NCBI GenBank assembly: GCA_001244265.2
Contig: LN717261.1
Span: 2,929,591-2,993,590 of the forward strand
Direction of reading: 5' to 3'
DNA length: 64,000 nt
DNA from: Microbotryum violaceum
Taxonomy: Eukaryota
Positions 27,839-43,902 of this stretch are shown piece by piece. The stretch's first letter is position 1; each line of letters opens with the position of its first letter. The notes beneath the pieces were generated by a model. The model did no database searches. It saw nothing but the letters and a program-made list of their open reading frames with translations, and was not told the DNA's origin. The position numbers and the translations under genes are program-made.

Positions 27839-30800
27839 CTAGCCCATGGGCTTGTCGAGAATCTCGAGGTCGTCCGAGTCTTCAACGCTTGTCGAGCCCG
27901 ACTCTCCGTCGCCCTCTCCGAGCTCAGCATCATCTTCTTCCTCGACCTCCTGCTCCGATAGTGAACCCAAAAGTTCTTCCATTCGTCTTTCATACACGTC
28001 ATCACGGTCTCGCTCGGCCTGCTCCGCGGTTGGATCGGGGTCAGGCCAAGTTCCCTTCGGAATGCGTCGAGGTCGATGGGTGTGTGGCGCACGTCCACGG
28101 CAGAAGGACCTGATAAGCTGCGGCTCGACTCAGCGATGGGCTCTGCATTTGAGTATTATTTAGCGTCGAAAGGCGGCGACCGAAATGACGTGGACTACCG
28201 CGCGAACGGCGCGACACCTGTTTCGCCCATCCGGCGAAAAGTCCCCCGATCAAACCAAATGCCGAGGGCCGCGATTCATGAACTGCGGGTGAACGCGTTC
28301 TAAGCCAGACAACCGAGAGATCATCGCGTTCGGCGAGCCGATCCAGATGCTCTTTGAACGAAATCTGCCGGCGTTGAAGCACATGCCACACCGCAGTGCC
28401 AACCTCGCCCGCGCCGTCAGTTCCGAGAAGTTTCTTAGCCGCTTCGATCGTTTCTTCGGGAACTAATAGAAGGGGCGACGTAAGGTACAGCACCAACACA
28501 AAGAAAGGGTGTGTCCATCTCACCTCGGTCCTCTGCCCATGCCTGAGATACCCTAACAAAGCGAGTGTCCTCATCTTCGAGCCACGCAAGTAGTTGTCGA
28601 ACTTCAGCTCCGATTCGGAGAATCTCTTCTTCCGCCCTGGCTTTGAGTAAAACCGCCTTGATCCCTTTCTAAACAACGGTGTCAATCGCCCAAGGCGCAG
28701 TGTCGTGTACGAAAAAACCGTCTTGCCAGAAAGCGTCCGTTGGCGACAGAGTCACAAGCGACTTAATTGTGGTAGCGAGCGGTAAGTTGTCCAGAATCTG
28801 GGCCGATTGCTCGGTCGCAGCATTTCGGTAATCCCGACCGCTTTATTGTACATATCGATTGCCACTTTTACTTTCTTGCTGTGCGTCTGTGAGACGCTGA
28901 CAACCTTGCTGGCTTCGACTTGACCAATTGTCGCGGCGCTTCGTCCCCGACCCATTGAGTCAATTCGTTCTTGACAGCATTGCAATTGGACCGTCGCTTT
29001 GTGTAATGCGCGAAGTTTGACTACGCAGTTGCACGAATTTTGGAAATCTAGGTATGTCATGGGACACCAAACATCAGGTGGCGATACTCATAAAGATATG
29101 ACGCGCGCCGCACCTGAAGCTGCAAGCTCCTTCGTGCGATTGTTTCTTGTTGGTAAGCTCTTAGCTGTTGCTGCAAGCGAGCTTTCGCTTCATCGGAAGC
29201 CATTGGATCGAATCTGAACACACAATGCCAAAACACAGTGTCAATTTTACGCCCTCGTCTTCCAATGGGGTTTGACGCGCCGAACGTACAGCCTTTCTTC
29301 CACGTGGTGTAGCCTCTGTACAATGTTGAAAAGCTCTAATCGCTCCTTGTCCTCGTTCTCCCGACGTTGACCCGCCGTTGTGGCCGCTTGAGCAGCTCGT
29401 TGTAAATGCCATTGCACGAGAAGGTCAGACTCGGACCACATTGCCGAAACGTCACTCAGATCAGTTTGTGCCCTTCCAAGCTGATCTTGAGCATTCGACA
29501 GTCGTCTGCGGAGCCAACGGCCTAGAATGGACGATGAATGAAGGGACCGCACGATTAAGTAAAGAACACGGCGTGAAAGTGTGGATGGCAGAGCATACCG
29601 AGGCTATCAACACCGTTCTTGTTCATCAGGTCGATGCGAGGCGAGATGTTGACGCGCTGGTGAGAAGCGCTCGCAGGACGACTGATCGGGATGAGCGATC
29701 GGAGCTGACTCCAAACGCGTTCGCATCCCTCCCCATCAGTCAACCCAAAGTGCTGAATCAGGCGCGGGTTGTACTCAAGCTGGCAGGGCCATTGATGAGC
29801 AAAAGCATGAAACACGCTCGTGGCAAACTTCAATCTCGGAAACAGATCGGGAAGGATACTTCTCTGCAGGCGATCGAAGTACAGTACAGCTCAGGGGCGC
29901 CCCAGGGCCAGAAATCTAAGAAACGACGGATCCGCCACTCTTGCTGACCGATTGCATGTAGCCGTCCAAATTACACGCAACATCATACAGCACTCCGAGT
30001 GTATCGTCGGAAGGGAGTTGGTTCGAAATATGTTGCAGCAGCGATAAGCCGTAGTAGCGCCTGCCGCATCAAAATCGAGCGTCAGGCCTTGTAAGCGGTT
30101 GAAAGAGGAGCTGAGCTGACAAACTTTTCGCCTAATTGATACAAATTGACCATCTTCAACGCGATATCGTGACGGCAAACACAGGCAACTAGGCCCGTAT
30201 CGGACTTGCCCCGCGAGATTTGTGTCGCACCGCCGTTGGCCGCTTTCCACGAATCGGCACAGGCCTTCAAGACGCGAGAGGAAGGGCGTCAGCGCGTTGA
30301 AAGGATCGCAGGGGGCGGCTCGGATCAGCGGACCTTTTCTGACTTCTTGCTGTCGCCACCATCACAGATCTCCTTCATCGATTCGAGCTCGTCTTCGCCG
30401 ATGAAGAGGGCTGGCGTCGACTCCTGAAAATCGTATTTGGATGAGGTGTCGCGAGAATGTTGGAAGTTGCCATCCAGAGCGACAAGATGCTGCACTTCGA
30501 CTCTATGGTGGACTTGATTTAGACGCGTCGATCCGTAGCATGCTGGACACTTATCGAGAGAGAACCCGCGACACCGAGGACGAGGTCGCCCAATTCTCGC
30601 TCCGATGTCGTGAGAGCCCGAAATTTGTCAAGGGCGCGCTGGAGTTGCTTTCGCAGCTCCTTGTCCTGCGCGAACGATGATAAATATCAGATAATGATCA
30701 ATAGCAACCATGACAGGGGGTCGAGCTCACGAATTTATGCTGACTCAGGCCCGGCCGACCCCATCCAGTTTGCTCATAGAAAATGTCGAGCCTGCGAGCT

Positions 30801-31662
30801 GCTCCATCAACAGGAAACGGCGCGGTGCTCCACCAGGAGTCGAGAAATTGTACAAGTCGAAAGGTGAAGGCAGAGCGAGGAGCAGCTGCGGTCGATCCGA
30901 TCGATCCGATCTGAGCAAGGCGCTCGGCGTACGTAAGGCATGGGCTATCGCTGCTGGATCTCGGACAAAAAGCGATCGGTACCTCGACCACTGCATCGAT
31001 TCGACCTTGTCAGCGCGTTATTCGACACAGTGACCCAACTTGCCTTATTCACATACAGCTTATGAGGTCGTACACATCAAGCAGTAATGTGAGAGGGCTC
31101 TCGCATGAACAAGGCGGCGGCACTTCGCTAGCGACCGAACCCTGGCACAGCTCCTCGTCCACGTCAATCAAGGGCCGTAGATGACCTTTGACCCCAGCGC
31201 AAAACGCGATATACTGGCGCAGAAGCGCTGGCCGTTCCAAGCGCCTAAGACGAGATTCGTTGAAGACGAACTGCTTGTACGTTTCTTGCTTCGACTGACC
31301 ACGTGTGGCTGGTTCGAAACTTTCGTCTTGGCGCAGATCAGCCAATGATAATCGCTCGGCGGTTGCACTATAGTCAGGCGCGATTGGTATATGGGATGTT
31401 CGATCCGGAAAGTATGGGCCGGACTAAAGTCGCGTTCATATCCACCACCGTACTCGCTGTGGCGTTCATCATCCCAATCCATCCCACTCGGGTTGGCGGC
31501 ATCGTCGAAATCGGCCTGAATCGGAGGGGCCATTGGAGGCCGGGTTCCGGGGATGTTGGTGCGGAGTTGAGGGTCCGAACGAAGGCGTCGGGGCTTATAG
31601 TCAGGATGTCCCTCGAAGTAGTCAGGTCGGAACTTGAAGCGATTCCATTTATGCCTGCCCAT
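27839..31662 (-). pseudogene. CxC1-associated KDZ (Kyakuja-Dileera-Zisupton) transposase, multi-exon, probably disrupted
   Basis: CSCES..LDVYDL / VPIAFC..ERLAQIG.IGSTAAAPRSAFTFRLVQFLDSWW (CxC1-like); CADSWKAAN..SDTGLVACVCRHDIALKMVNL..GEK; YDVACNLD; FATSVFHAFAHQWPCQLEYNPRLIQHFGLTDGEGCERVWS; C-terminal FWQDGFF..APWAIDTVVRKGIKAVL..RAEEE; acidic tail ending at TAG 27839. Confidence 0.88.
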
Positions 31663-31839
31663 TGTCTGATGCAAATTCGAGAATGTATTACTGTGTGATA
31701 CAATAGTTGGTGCTCGTCTTAGAACTGAGGCGGGTCTGATTTGGCGCTGAGCGGGGGGAGGCCGGAAGAGACAGCTCTGCGGGCGACTGCACAAGTACTC
31801 CCTAATAATCGGAATTAGGTTAATCCCGCGAATAGCAGG

Positions 31840-32019
31840 GCACTTTGGTTCCGAAAATGACAACTCTGGTCCCACATCGGAGGCGACTCTGGTCCCACAT
31901 CGGAGGCGACTTTGGGATCACATCGGAGCGGACTTTGGGATCACATCAATGCGGACTTTGGGATCACATCCGAGGTCATTCTTGTACCACGTTCATGGGG
32001 ACTTTGGTACCACATAGTG
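31840..32019. repeat. ~23-bp tandem subterminal repeats upstream of the KDZ gene
   Basis: About 7-8 degenerate units of GACT(C/T)TGG(TCC/GAT)CACATCGGAGGC. The array ends in TAGTG (CACTA on minus) at 32015-32019. Confidence 0.8.
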
Positions 32020-32276
32020 TAGACGCCTGTATCTCTTGCAATGTGTGATGTATCACTCTGGGAACAGTAGTTTGATGCATGTATAGGTCTATAGTACTTC
32101 TGGCCGGTGAGACGAAGCGGACAAAGCAGTAGCTACTACATCGATATTCTGCCCCGCCTGGCCTCTCCGCGCCCGTGGTGTCAGCGGTCCGGCGCCCGAA
32201 CCGCCAAGGCCGACACTCCCGAACGTGATTGCGCCGACTCGGATTAGACCAGAATTGGCACCGGTCCCTCGCTTCT

Positions 32277-35200
32277 TGTAGAAGTCGAACAGCGATGTGC
32301 TGAACGAGTCGGCGGCAGTGGCAAGCCAATGAGTTCGTAATCAAGTGAGATTGCAATAAAGGAGTTCTTCACACACCTGAACGAGTTGGCGGCAGTGGCA
32401 AGCCAATGAGTTCGTAATCAAGTGGAGAAGAAGAAGGAAAGACGCGATTGGACCGCGCGGCTAATACAAATAGAGACGCGCGCTAGGCAGATTTAAGGCA
32501 AGAGTAATCTACCTCAACACCCCCCCTTGCTCTTGGCCTGAAATGCGGCGCAGACCGATGGCGTCACAATGACGCTGGAAGACTACTCGCCGCAGCGGCT
32601 TGGTGAAAATGTCGGCAACCATATTGTGGGTTGGGATGTAGGTGACCGAGATCTCTCCATTCTGAACATGCTCCCGAACGAAATGCTCCAACATGCGCAA
32701 ATGTTTGGTGCGAGCGTGGAAGACCGGATTCTGGGTGAGCGCTATAGCTCCCTGGTTATCCCCGAGAAGACGTAAAGGGGACGACGTATCGAGACCGAGT
32801 TCGGTGAGGAGCGAGCGAAGGAAGACAGCCTCCTTGGCTGCATGCGAGAGGCCCAGGTACTCCGCTTCCGTGGATGAACAAGCTACGCGAGGTTGGAGAC
32901 GAGATGACCATGAGATGGCCCCACCGCCAGTTTGAACAAGTAACCCATAGTGGACCTCGACGTCTGTATGTCCGATCCCCAGTCCGAGTCAGAGTACCCC
33001 TCGTACCCCAGCAGAGGCGCACTGGTGCGCGTGTAGTGTATGCCAAGATCGAGCGATCCTTTGATGTAACGAAGGACGCGCTTGGCCGCCTCGAGGTGAG
33101 TGTCGCCAGCCTTGCCGACGAAACGTGACAGATATCCGACGGAGTGGGCTAGATCAGGGCGAGTGGCAACAACAGCGTACATGAGTGAGCCGATCATGGA
33201 ACGGTAGATGGCATTGTTGGCGGAGTCTGTATCGGGTTCCGGCGAAAGCTGTAGGTTGGCTTCCATGGGTGACTTGCAGGGGTTGCAGTCGGACATGTTG
33301 AAGCGATCCAAGACGTCAAGGAGGTATTGACGCTGGAGAAGGGAGATCCCGCCATCGTCGTGTCGTACGACCTGAACCCGAGTACCCATTCGGCCGGGCC
33401 GAGGCGTTTGACTCCGTAGAGGGTGTCGAGTTGGTCAAGGACTCGATCGATTTCCCCGAGATCCGGCCCAAAGAAGAGTAGATCGTCGACGTAGAGTGCA
33501 ATGTAGTGATCACCCCCAGCGTCCTCATGACGATAGATGCATTCGTCGCAGGCGAGGCGACGATAGCCGAGACTCGCGAGCGTGGCGTTGATCGTGTCGT
33601 TCCACACTCGACCTGCCTGCTTGAGACCGTAGATCGATCGATGAAGGCGGAGGCATTTGCCTTCGTAGCCTTCGATGCCAGTTGGAACCCGCATGTAGAT
33701 CTCCTCCTCCAGCACACCGTGAAGATAGGCCTTGTCAACGTCGGCTTGAATGATGTGGTGGCCCTTCGAGGCCGAGTGCGCGATGAGCGTGCGGATGGAG
33801 GTGTACTTAGCCGTGGGTGAGAAGGTGTTGTTGAAGCTGTTTGGGCCTTGTGCGCAGCCCTGTGCAACAATGCGGTTCTTCAGTGAAACCATCTTCCCGG
33901 CTTTGTCGCGTTTGGTTCGAAAGACGTGACGACTTGGTAAGATCGTAGCTCCTTTGGGCACGGAGGATAGTCCGACGACGCTGAACACCTTGAGATCGTC
34001 TTTCATCGAGCGGAATTCCTCAATGGCTCCCGCTTTCCATGCCACGGCGTGAGGATGGCGCATGGCCTCTTTCCACGTGGCGGGATCACTGCTCGGGAGC
34101 GAGAACGGGTCCTCTGGTTCCGAGAGCGGTCGATTCGCCGTCGAGGTGTCAATGCCCGCCGCGTCGAGATCAGCAACAAGTTCGGTTACCTCCTTGCCTA
34201 GAGAGAATGCGAAGGCAGAAGGGGTCGAGCGCAAAGATGCTAGGGCGCCGTAACGAGCTGGGGGGTTGCGCGGGCACGAACCCACGGGTGGCTGCCACGC
34301 GGGCCCCGGTGCGTCGAAACGTAAAGCAGCCGGAAGCTCCGCTTGGTCGGGGGGTACCTGATTGGCATGCTGGTCAGGGAGTACAACGACTTCGTCATCG
34401 TTGTCGTCGTCGTTGTCGTCGTCGCCTGCGACGGGCGCGTGAGCTGCTGTGATGCCCTCCCGCCTGGCTGGGAACTCGTCCTCGAAGAATGTGACGCTGC
34501 GCGATTTGAAAACTTGTCTGGTAGCGGGGTCAAACAGTCGGTAGCCCTTGGATTCGAGATCGTAGCCAACGAATACGAGTGGAATGCCCGCGGATCGAGT
34601 TTGCTGCGCGCTTCGGTGGTAGCTGCCTTCCACGCTCTGCAGCCGAATACGCGGAGATGGCCGGCTGACGGCTTCGATCCGTGCCAACGCGTGTGTGGTG
34701 TGACGCCTGAATTTGCCGAGTGTGGTGAGCGATTTTTGACGTAGACATATGTCGCCAATGCCTCGGCCCACAAAGCGTGAGATAGACCCGACTGGTGGAG
34801 CATTGATCGGACACCCTCGGTGATCGAGCGATTTGCGCGTTCGGCAACCCCGTTTTGCTGAGGGGCATCGGGAATCGAAAGCTGACGAGTGATGCCTTGT
34901 TCTTCCAGGAAGCTCGAGAACTCGTTCGACAAGAATTCACCACCGTTGTCGGAGCGGACTGCCAGGAGTTTTCTCGACGAGGAGCGCTCGACCTTTGCAA
35001 GCCACGACTTGAAGGCCGCAAAGGTATCGGACTTGTGCGACATCGGAATTGCCCAGAGATATCGGGTGTAATCATCGACAATGACGAGGGCGTATTTTGC
35101 GCCGCCTAACGACACGGCGCCGTCGAACGCAAGAAGGTCCATGTGGACTCGATCAAGAGGCTGGGCTGAACGATTCGACGCGACGGTGGGGAAAGGGTGA

Positions 35201-36929
35201 TGTGTGATCTTCCCAGCCTGGCATGTATCACATTTCAAGTCTGCGTTCAATGCTACCTCCATGTTGACTCCCAGCACAGCCTCAGTTGAGATCAGCTGTC
35301 GTAGAGCGCGTGGGTGAAGGTGAGCGAAACGTCCGTGCATGATGGAGACGGGGACGGCCGCAAACGCACGTGGGGACGCACCCGGTTGCTCGATGAGAGT
35401 AGTGACGTCGACTAGGGAAGCATGCATGTGGTACAAGCCGTTCGTGATCTCCCCGGTGTGGCAAATCGACCCGTCGACTGAGACCGTTGCTTTGCCTTGG
35501 GAAAGGTTGATGTCGTAGCCCGCGGCGTTGGCGCGACTGGCGGAGAAGAGGCTGACCGGCGCGCTGGGGACGAACAACGCGTGGTGGAGTTGGCCAATGC
35601 TGCCGTCGAAGGAGCGAACGACAGCGGAACCGACGCCTTCGATCGAATTGACCGCCTCGCCCGTGATGCCCTCGAGCGGAGCAGGCTTGCACTTGCGGAA
35701 GTTGGTGAAACAAGCGCGATCGTTGACGATGTGATGCGTCGCGCCGCTGTCGAGGATGAGGGAAGGTTTGGCCAATGTGGACATCGCTGCGGTGAGGTAT
35801 CCGCGGACCGGGCCGTCTACCAACGTCGAGATGTCGGGAGCAGCGGCGAGTGATGCGGACGGCACGGAGGAGGCCTTGGACTTCTTGTCCTTGACGGGGC
35901 ATTTTCGATTCCAGTGAGGACCTCCACAGTGTCGGCACGGAGCTGACGGAGTCGATGAAGATCTGTCCGTCGCGGTCAAGCTAGCTACCATCGCCACGGG
36001 CTTGTGTGCCGGCGTGGATTCAGCTTGAGTCTGAAGCGTTTGAAGCGCTTCAATCGGATCAGGGAGCTTGTCGAGGTCTTGACGGAGCGCTTGAGTATAG
36101 TACTCCTTGTAGAGGTCCTTGCCAAAGTGGATCAAGCGTATCGAGATGACCTGGTCAAAGGTAAGGTTGTATCCCGAAAGAGTGTTAAACAGCTCAATGG
36201 TGTTGGCTTGGTACTTCTCGAACGCGTCGACACCGGAGGGAGGCGGACCCGCATCGAGCAGGGCTTGGAGCTTGATGAAGATGTCGGTGACTGTGCCTGC
36301 TGCGACCGCTTTCTTGATCATCTTCAAGACGTCGGTGGGAGTGTGATCGAATCCATCTTTGATCTGCTTCTTGATGTTGAGGGAGACCGAGCGCCTCAAG
36401 AGCGCGATCGCTTGGAAGTTGGCGTGCTCCAGGTCGGTGCGCGCGTTGGGTTTCTGAATGGGCGTCGCAAGCGTGCAGTTCCAATAGTCGCCCCCGAGAG
36501 CTCCACGGACGTCGTTGATCCATTGCGACCAGCCTCCCGCGTTGCGCAGGTGGCATGACGGGTCGATATCGCGGGGTTTGACATAGACGATAGAGGTTGT
36601 TCCCCCTGATACCACAGTGTCCGTATCACCGGGCATGATGACTTGATGACTCGAGTTGGCTGGGCCGCTACGTTGGGCTCGTAACCTGTAGAAGTCGAAC
36701 AGCGATGTGCTGAACGAGTTGGCGGCAGTGGCAAGCCAATGAGTTCGTAATCAAGTGAGATTGCAATAAAGGAGTTCTTCACACACCTGAACGAGTTGAC
36801 GGCAGTGGCAAGCCAATGAGTTCGTAATCAAGTGGAGAAGAAGAAGGAAAGACGCGATTGGACCGCGCGGCTAATACAAATAGAGACGCGCGCTAGGCAG
36901 ATTTAAGGCAAGAGTAATCTACCTCAACA
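32277..36929 (-). mobile_element. Full-length Ty1/copia family B
   Basis: 243-bp LTRs at 32277-32519 and 36687-36929 (2 mismatches seen), perfect TSD CTTCT, PBS GGTTACGAGCCC and PPT GAGCAAGGGGGGG. Confidence 0.97.
32509..36636 (-). pseudogene. Copia B gag-pol (frameshifted)
   Basis: CRHCGGPHWNRKC, ILDSGATHH, integrase (HGRFAHL, CDTC, VHMDL, RSDNGGEF, QQNGVAERANR), RT LYVDDLL, RNase H YSDSDW and ADIFTKPL. Split across several frames. Confidence 0.95.
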
Positions 36930-36959
36930 CTTCTCTCATCCATGAAGAACAGTTTATAG

Positions 36960-37654
36960 AGATCGAGCGAAGATACAGATTCTAATAAGTCACGCTTCGA
37001 CATCGGCGGACTTTTGCTTGTATGATCATTGCAGTTGAACGATATTTAAACGTATTCACATGTAAAAACTTGGCTCGCTTTACCTCTCCTTTTCTTAGTG
37101 CAGCTGCTCAAAGTGAACAAACCAGTTGTCAGCTCTTTCTTGGTATAATGAAATACTAGACTGTACCTACTTCGAGCATGGATGACCTGATCACACTTCA
37201 ACTTTTGGTCTCGACATTGCGAGCAAGCTTTCCGCCGACTGGAGCTCGGGGTCACGCTTTCCGCTGCCGAACGACGCCGTTTGCTGGGAGTAACAACAGC
37301 GGAAGGGCTACTCTCTTGAGGAACCGCAGAGTACTTGCATTTCTTTGTTAGGTGTTCGATATCGCGCGTGGCGAATACTGGCGAAAAAGAAGGAAAGGCG
37401 AGCGTTGGTCGGTTTAGGGGCGAATCGGATTGGTCCGATGCAAGACGAGTTCGTGCTGTCGACATATTGTTTCCTTGTACAGATCCCACGTGTGAAAGAC
37501 CGCCAGGTTGTGGGTGCTGGATAATGACTGTTTCAGCAGAGGACGAAACATTCCTTGCAAGTCTCGACCCCTCGAAAGTTACGGAACTCGTAGACACAGG
37601 GGTGGAAACTAGAGCGGCGCAGACACGAAGAGAGGAAGGATCGTTGAGTGACAA
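36960..37654 (-). pseudogene. Fragment of a Zn(II)2Cys6 transcription-factor-like gene
   Basis: RRKACSQCRDQKLKCD is the first half of a fungal binuclear cluster. The second half is only a degenerate RRCR..CIF-like trace near 36970-37015. Flanked by two Copia insertions. Confidence 0.5.
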
Positions 37655-37784
37655 TCTGGAATCAAGGGCACGAGCAAAGGCAAGAAGTTGCTTTTCCTGT
37701 CCTGGAACTTACTGTGATGTTGTGAGACTTCTTCCGCGTCGTCACTGCTGTAGCCTGCGCACGAAACAATGGCCGGGTGATGAG

Positions 37785-42304
<4,520 letters not shown>

Positions 42305-42451
42305 ATGAGATCAGGGGTGAGTCATTCCGAAACAACAAGGGACATGAGGAGGAGAAGAGCAGAGCTCCATAGGACAATAGAGCATGCAGGAGCTTCAATA
42401 TCCTATTTGAACTCACCGACGTGATCGCCAGGCTGTGTATTGCCATGAGGC

Positions 42452-42656
42452 TGTTGTGGGAAATTAGTGGGGTCTGCGGTCCAGAGGGACTTATGGTCTT
42501 AGCAGTGGCGCGGCGCGCGGGTGTTGTGCGCATGTAAACAACCAGCCGCCTCTGCCGCAGCCGCCTCTGCCGGTCCCCCGCACAACACCCGCGCGCCCGC
42601 GCCACTGCTATGACCATAAGTCCTCTGACCGCAGACCCCACTAATTTCCCACAACA
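42452..42656. repeat. Fold-back made of two inverted Copia C LTR ends
   Basis: Begins TGTTGTGGGAAATTAGTGGGGTCTGCGG and ends CCGCAGACCCCACTAATTTCCCACAACA, with ~78-bp arms. No TSD (GAGGC / GTTCA). Confidence 0.9.
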
Positions 42657-43902
42657 GTTCAGGTGCGATTCACGTTGCCCTCCTCCTCCAGCGCCATCCC
42701 CGCTTCCGTGCTCCGAAAATCTCTCGATGATGCTCTCACCCTTTCGTTCGGCCGCGCAGGTCATACCCAAGGTTATACCCTGATGCAATTACAGCGGGCC
42801 TCGCGGTCGATCCGAATGGAGATCCGATGGCCATGACCAAAGACGGGTTCCACTGCGCGTACCTTCGCTTACATGCTGATCTTTTCCAAGGCTCTACCGA
42901 GACGCAGAAGGCTGCGCTCAACACCGCCTTGCCACAAGAAATCGAGATCCTGGGCGCCAAGTACGGCTTGCGACACGAATTCGAGACGCACTACTGCGCC
43001 GTGTGCAATCGCGCCGGACACCAGTGGGGCGCTTGCAGGAAGCCGGTTTCGACTCCGGCCACCGCCGCCCCTGTTCCGGGGGCCTCGACTTCGACTTCGA
43101 CCACCGGCTTCCGAGTTGCTGGAAAGAATGGGAAGCACGGTGGGCTTGCCGCATTGAACTCTCGTGCCTGTAGCACGAACATGATCCAGCTGGGACCTCG
43201 TGCTAACCCCGCAGGTGAAGCGACCGGCAACAAGGACGATGCAAACGACGGCGGCAAATCGGTCGCTTCGACCGAACCGGAGGGCGGCGACACTGGGAAA
43301 GAGACGTTGACGCGTGCCACCACGGGCTCAACAAAGGAGACGCAGACAACGACAGCGGGGCCCGTTTCGACCCCGACCTCTCCTTCGCCTTCTGCTTCTG
43401 CTCCGGCATTGCCTTTGTCCGGTGGCACGTCGGGATCATCGGCAACCTCAACAACCTCGATAACCTCGACGAGTCCTCGACGCCTTCGTTCGAGCTCGGC
43501 ACCCGGCAACCGACGTGTCACCCGGGCGGGATCCGTTATGATCCTCGGTGCATCAGGGGGTGACGGCTCAGGCGGCAACAGTTCAGGGGGTCACAGGTCC
43601 GAGATGACCGAATTCGAGGGGGGCGGCGCTGATCCGATTTATTCATGATTGAGTCCCTCACCGTGTTGACGTTCAACGTCCGATCGATCAAGAACGCAGT
43701 CCACAAGTCAAAATCATCCGTTATCTCAAAACCCTTCGGCCGGCCCCTGCGGCCATCCTCCTGCAAGAGTACCACCTCAGCTACAATGCGTCGCGCGACG
43801 TCTTCGAGAGTGCTTGGCCAGGGGCTTGTATTCTTTTCACTCCTCATGTCCTTACAGTAGAAGTCAATGTGACCGTGCACCAGTCCGCCCGCCATGGCTC
43901 CC
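42657..43902 (+). mobile_element. LINE family Z fragment (ORF1 C-terminal half and start of APE endonuclease)
   Basis: Zn knuckle CAVCNRAGHQWGAC in 42827-43648. ORF2 starts MIESLTVLTFNVRSI at 43645 and continues after a frameshift as PAAILLQEYHL. Cut at 43902 by another LINE tail. Confidence 0.8.

Noticed and set aside
28041-28685. Separate gene (e.g. TET/JBP) beside KDZ
   Set aside because: It overlaps the KDZ C-terminal exons in another frame, and I recognise no 2OG-Fe(II) dioxygenase motifs.
31840-32019. Possible CRISPR array
   Set aside because: Units are directly tandem without unique spacers, no cas genes are present, and the context is eukaryotic.
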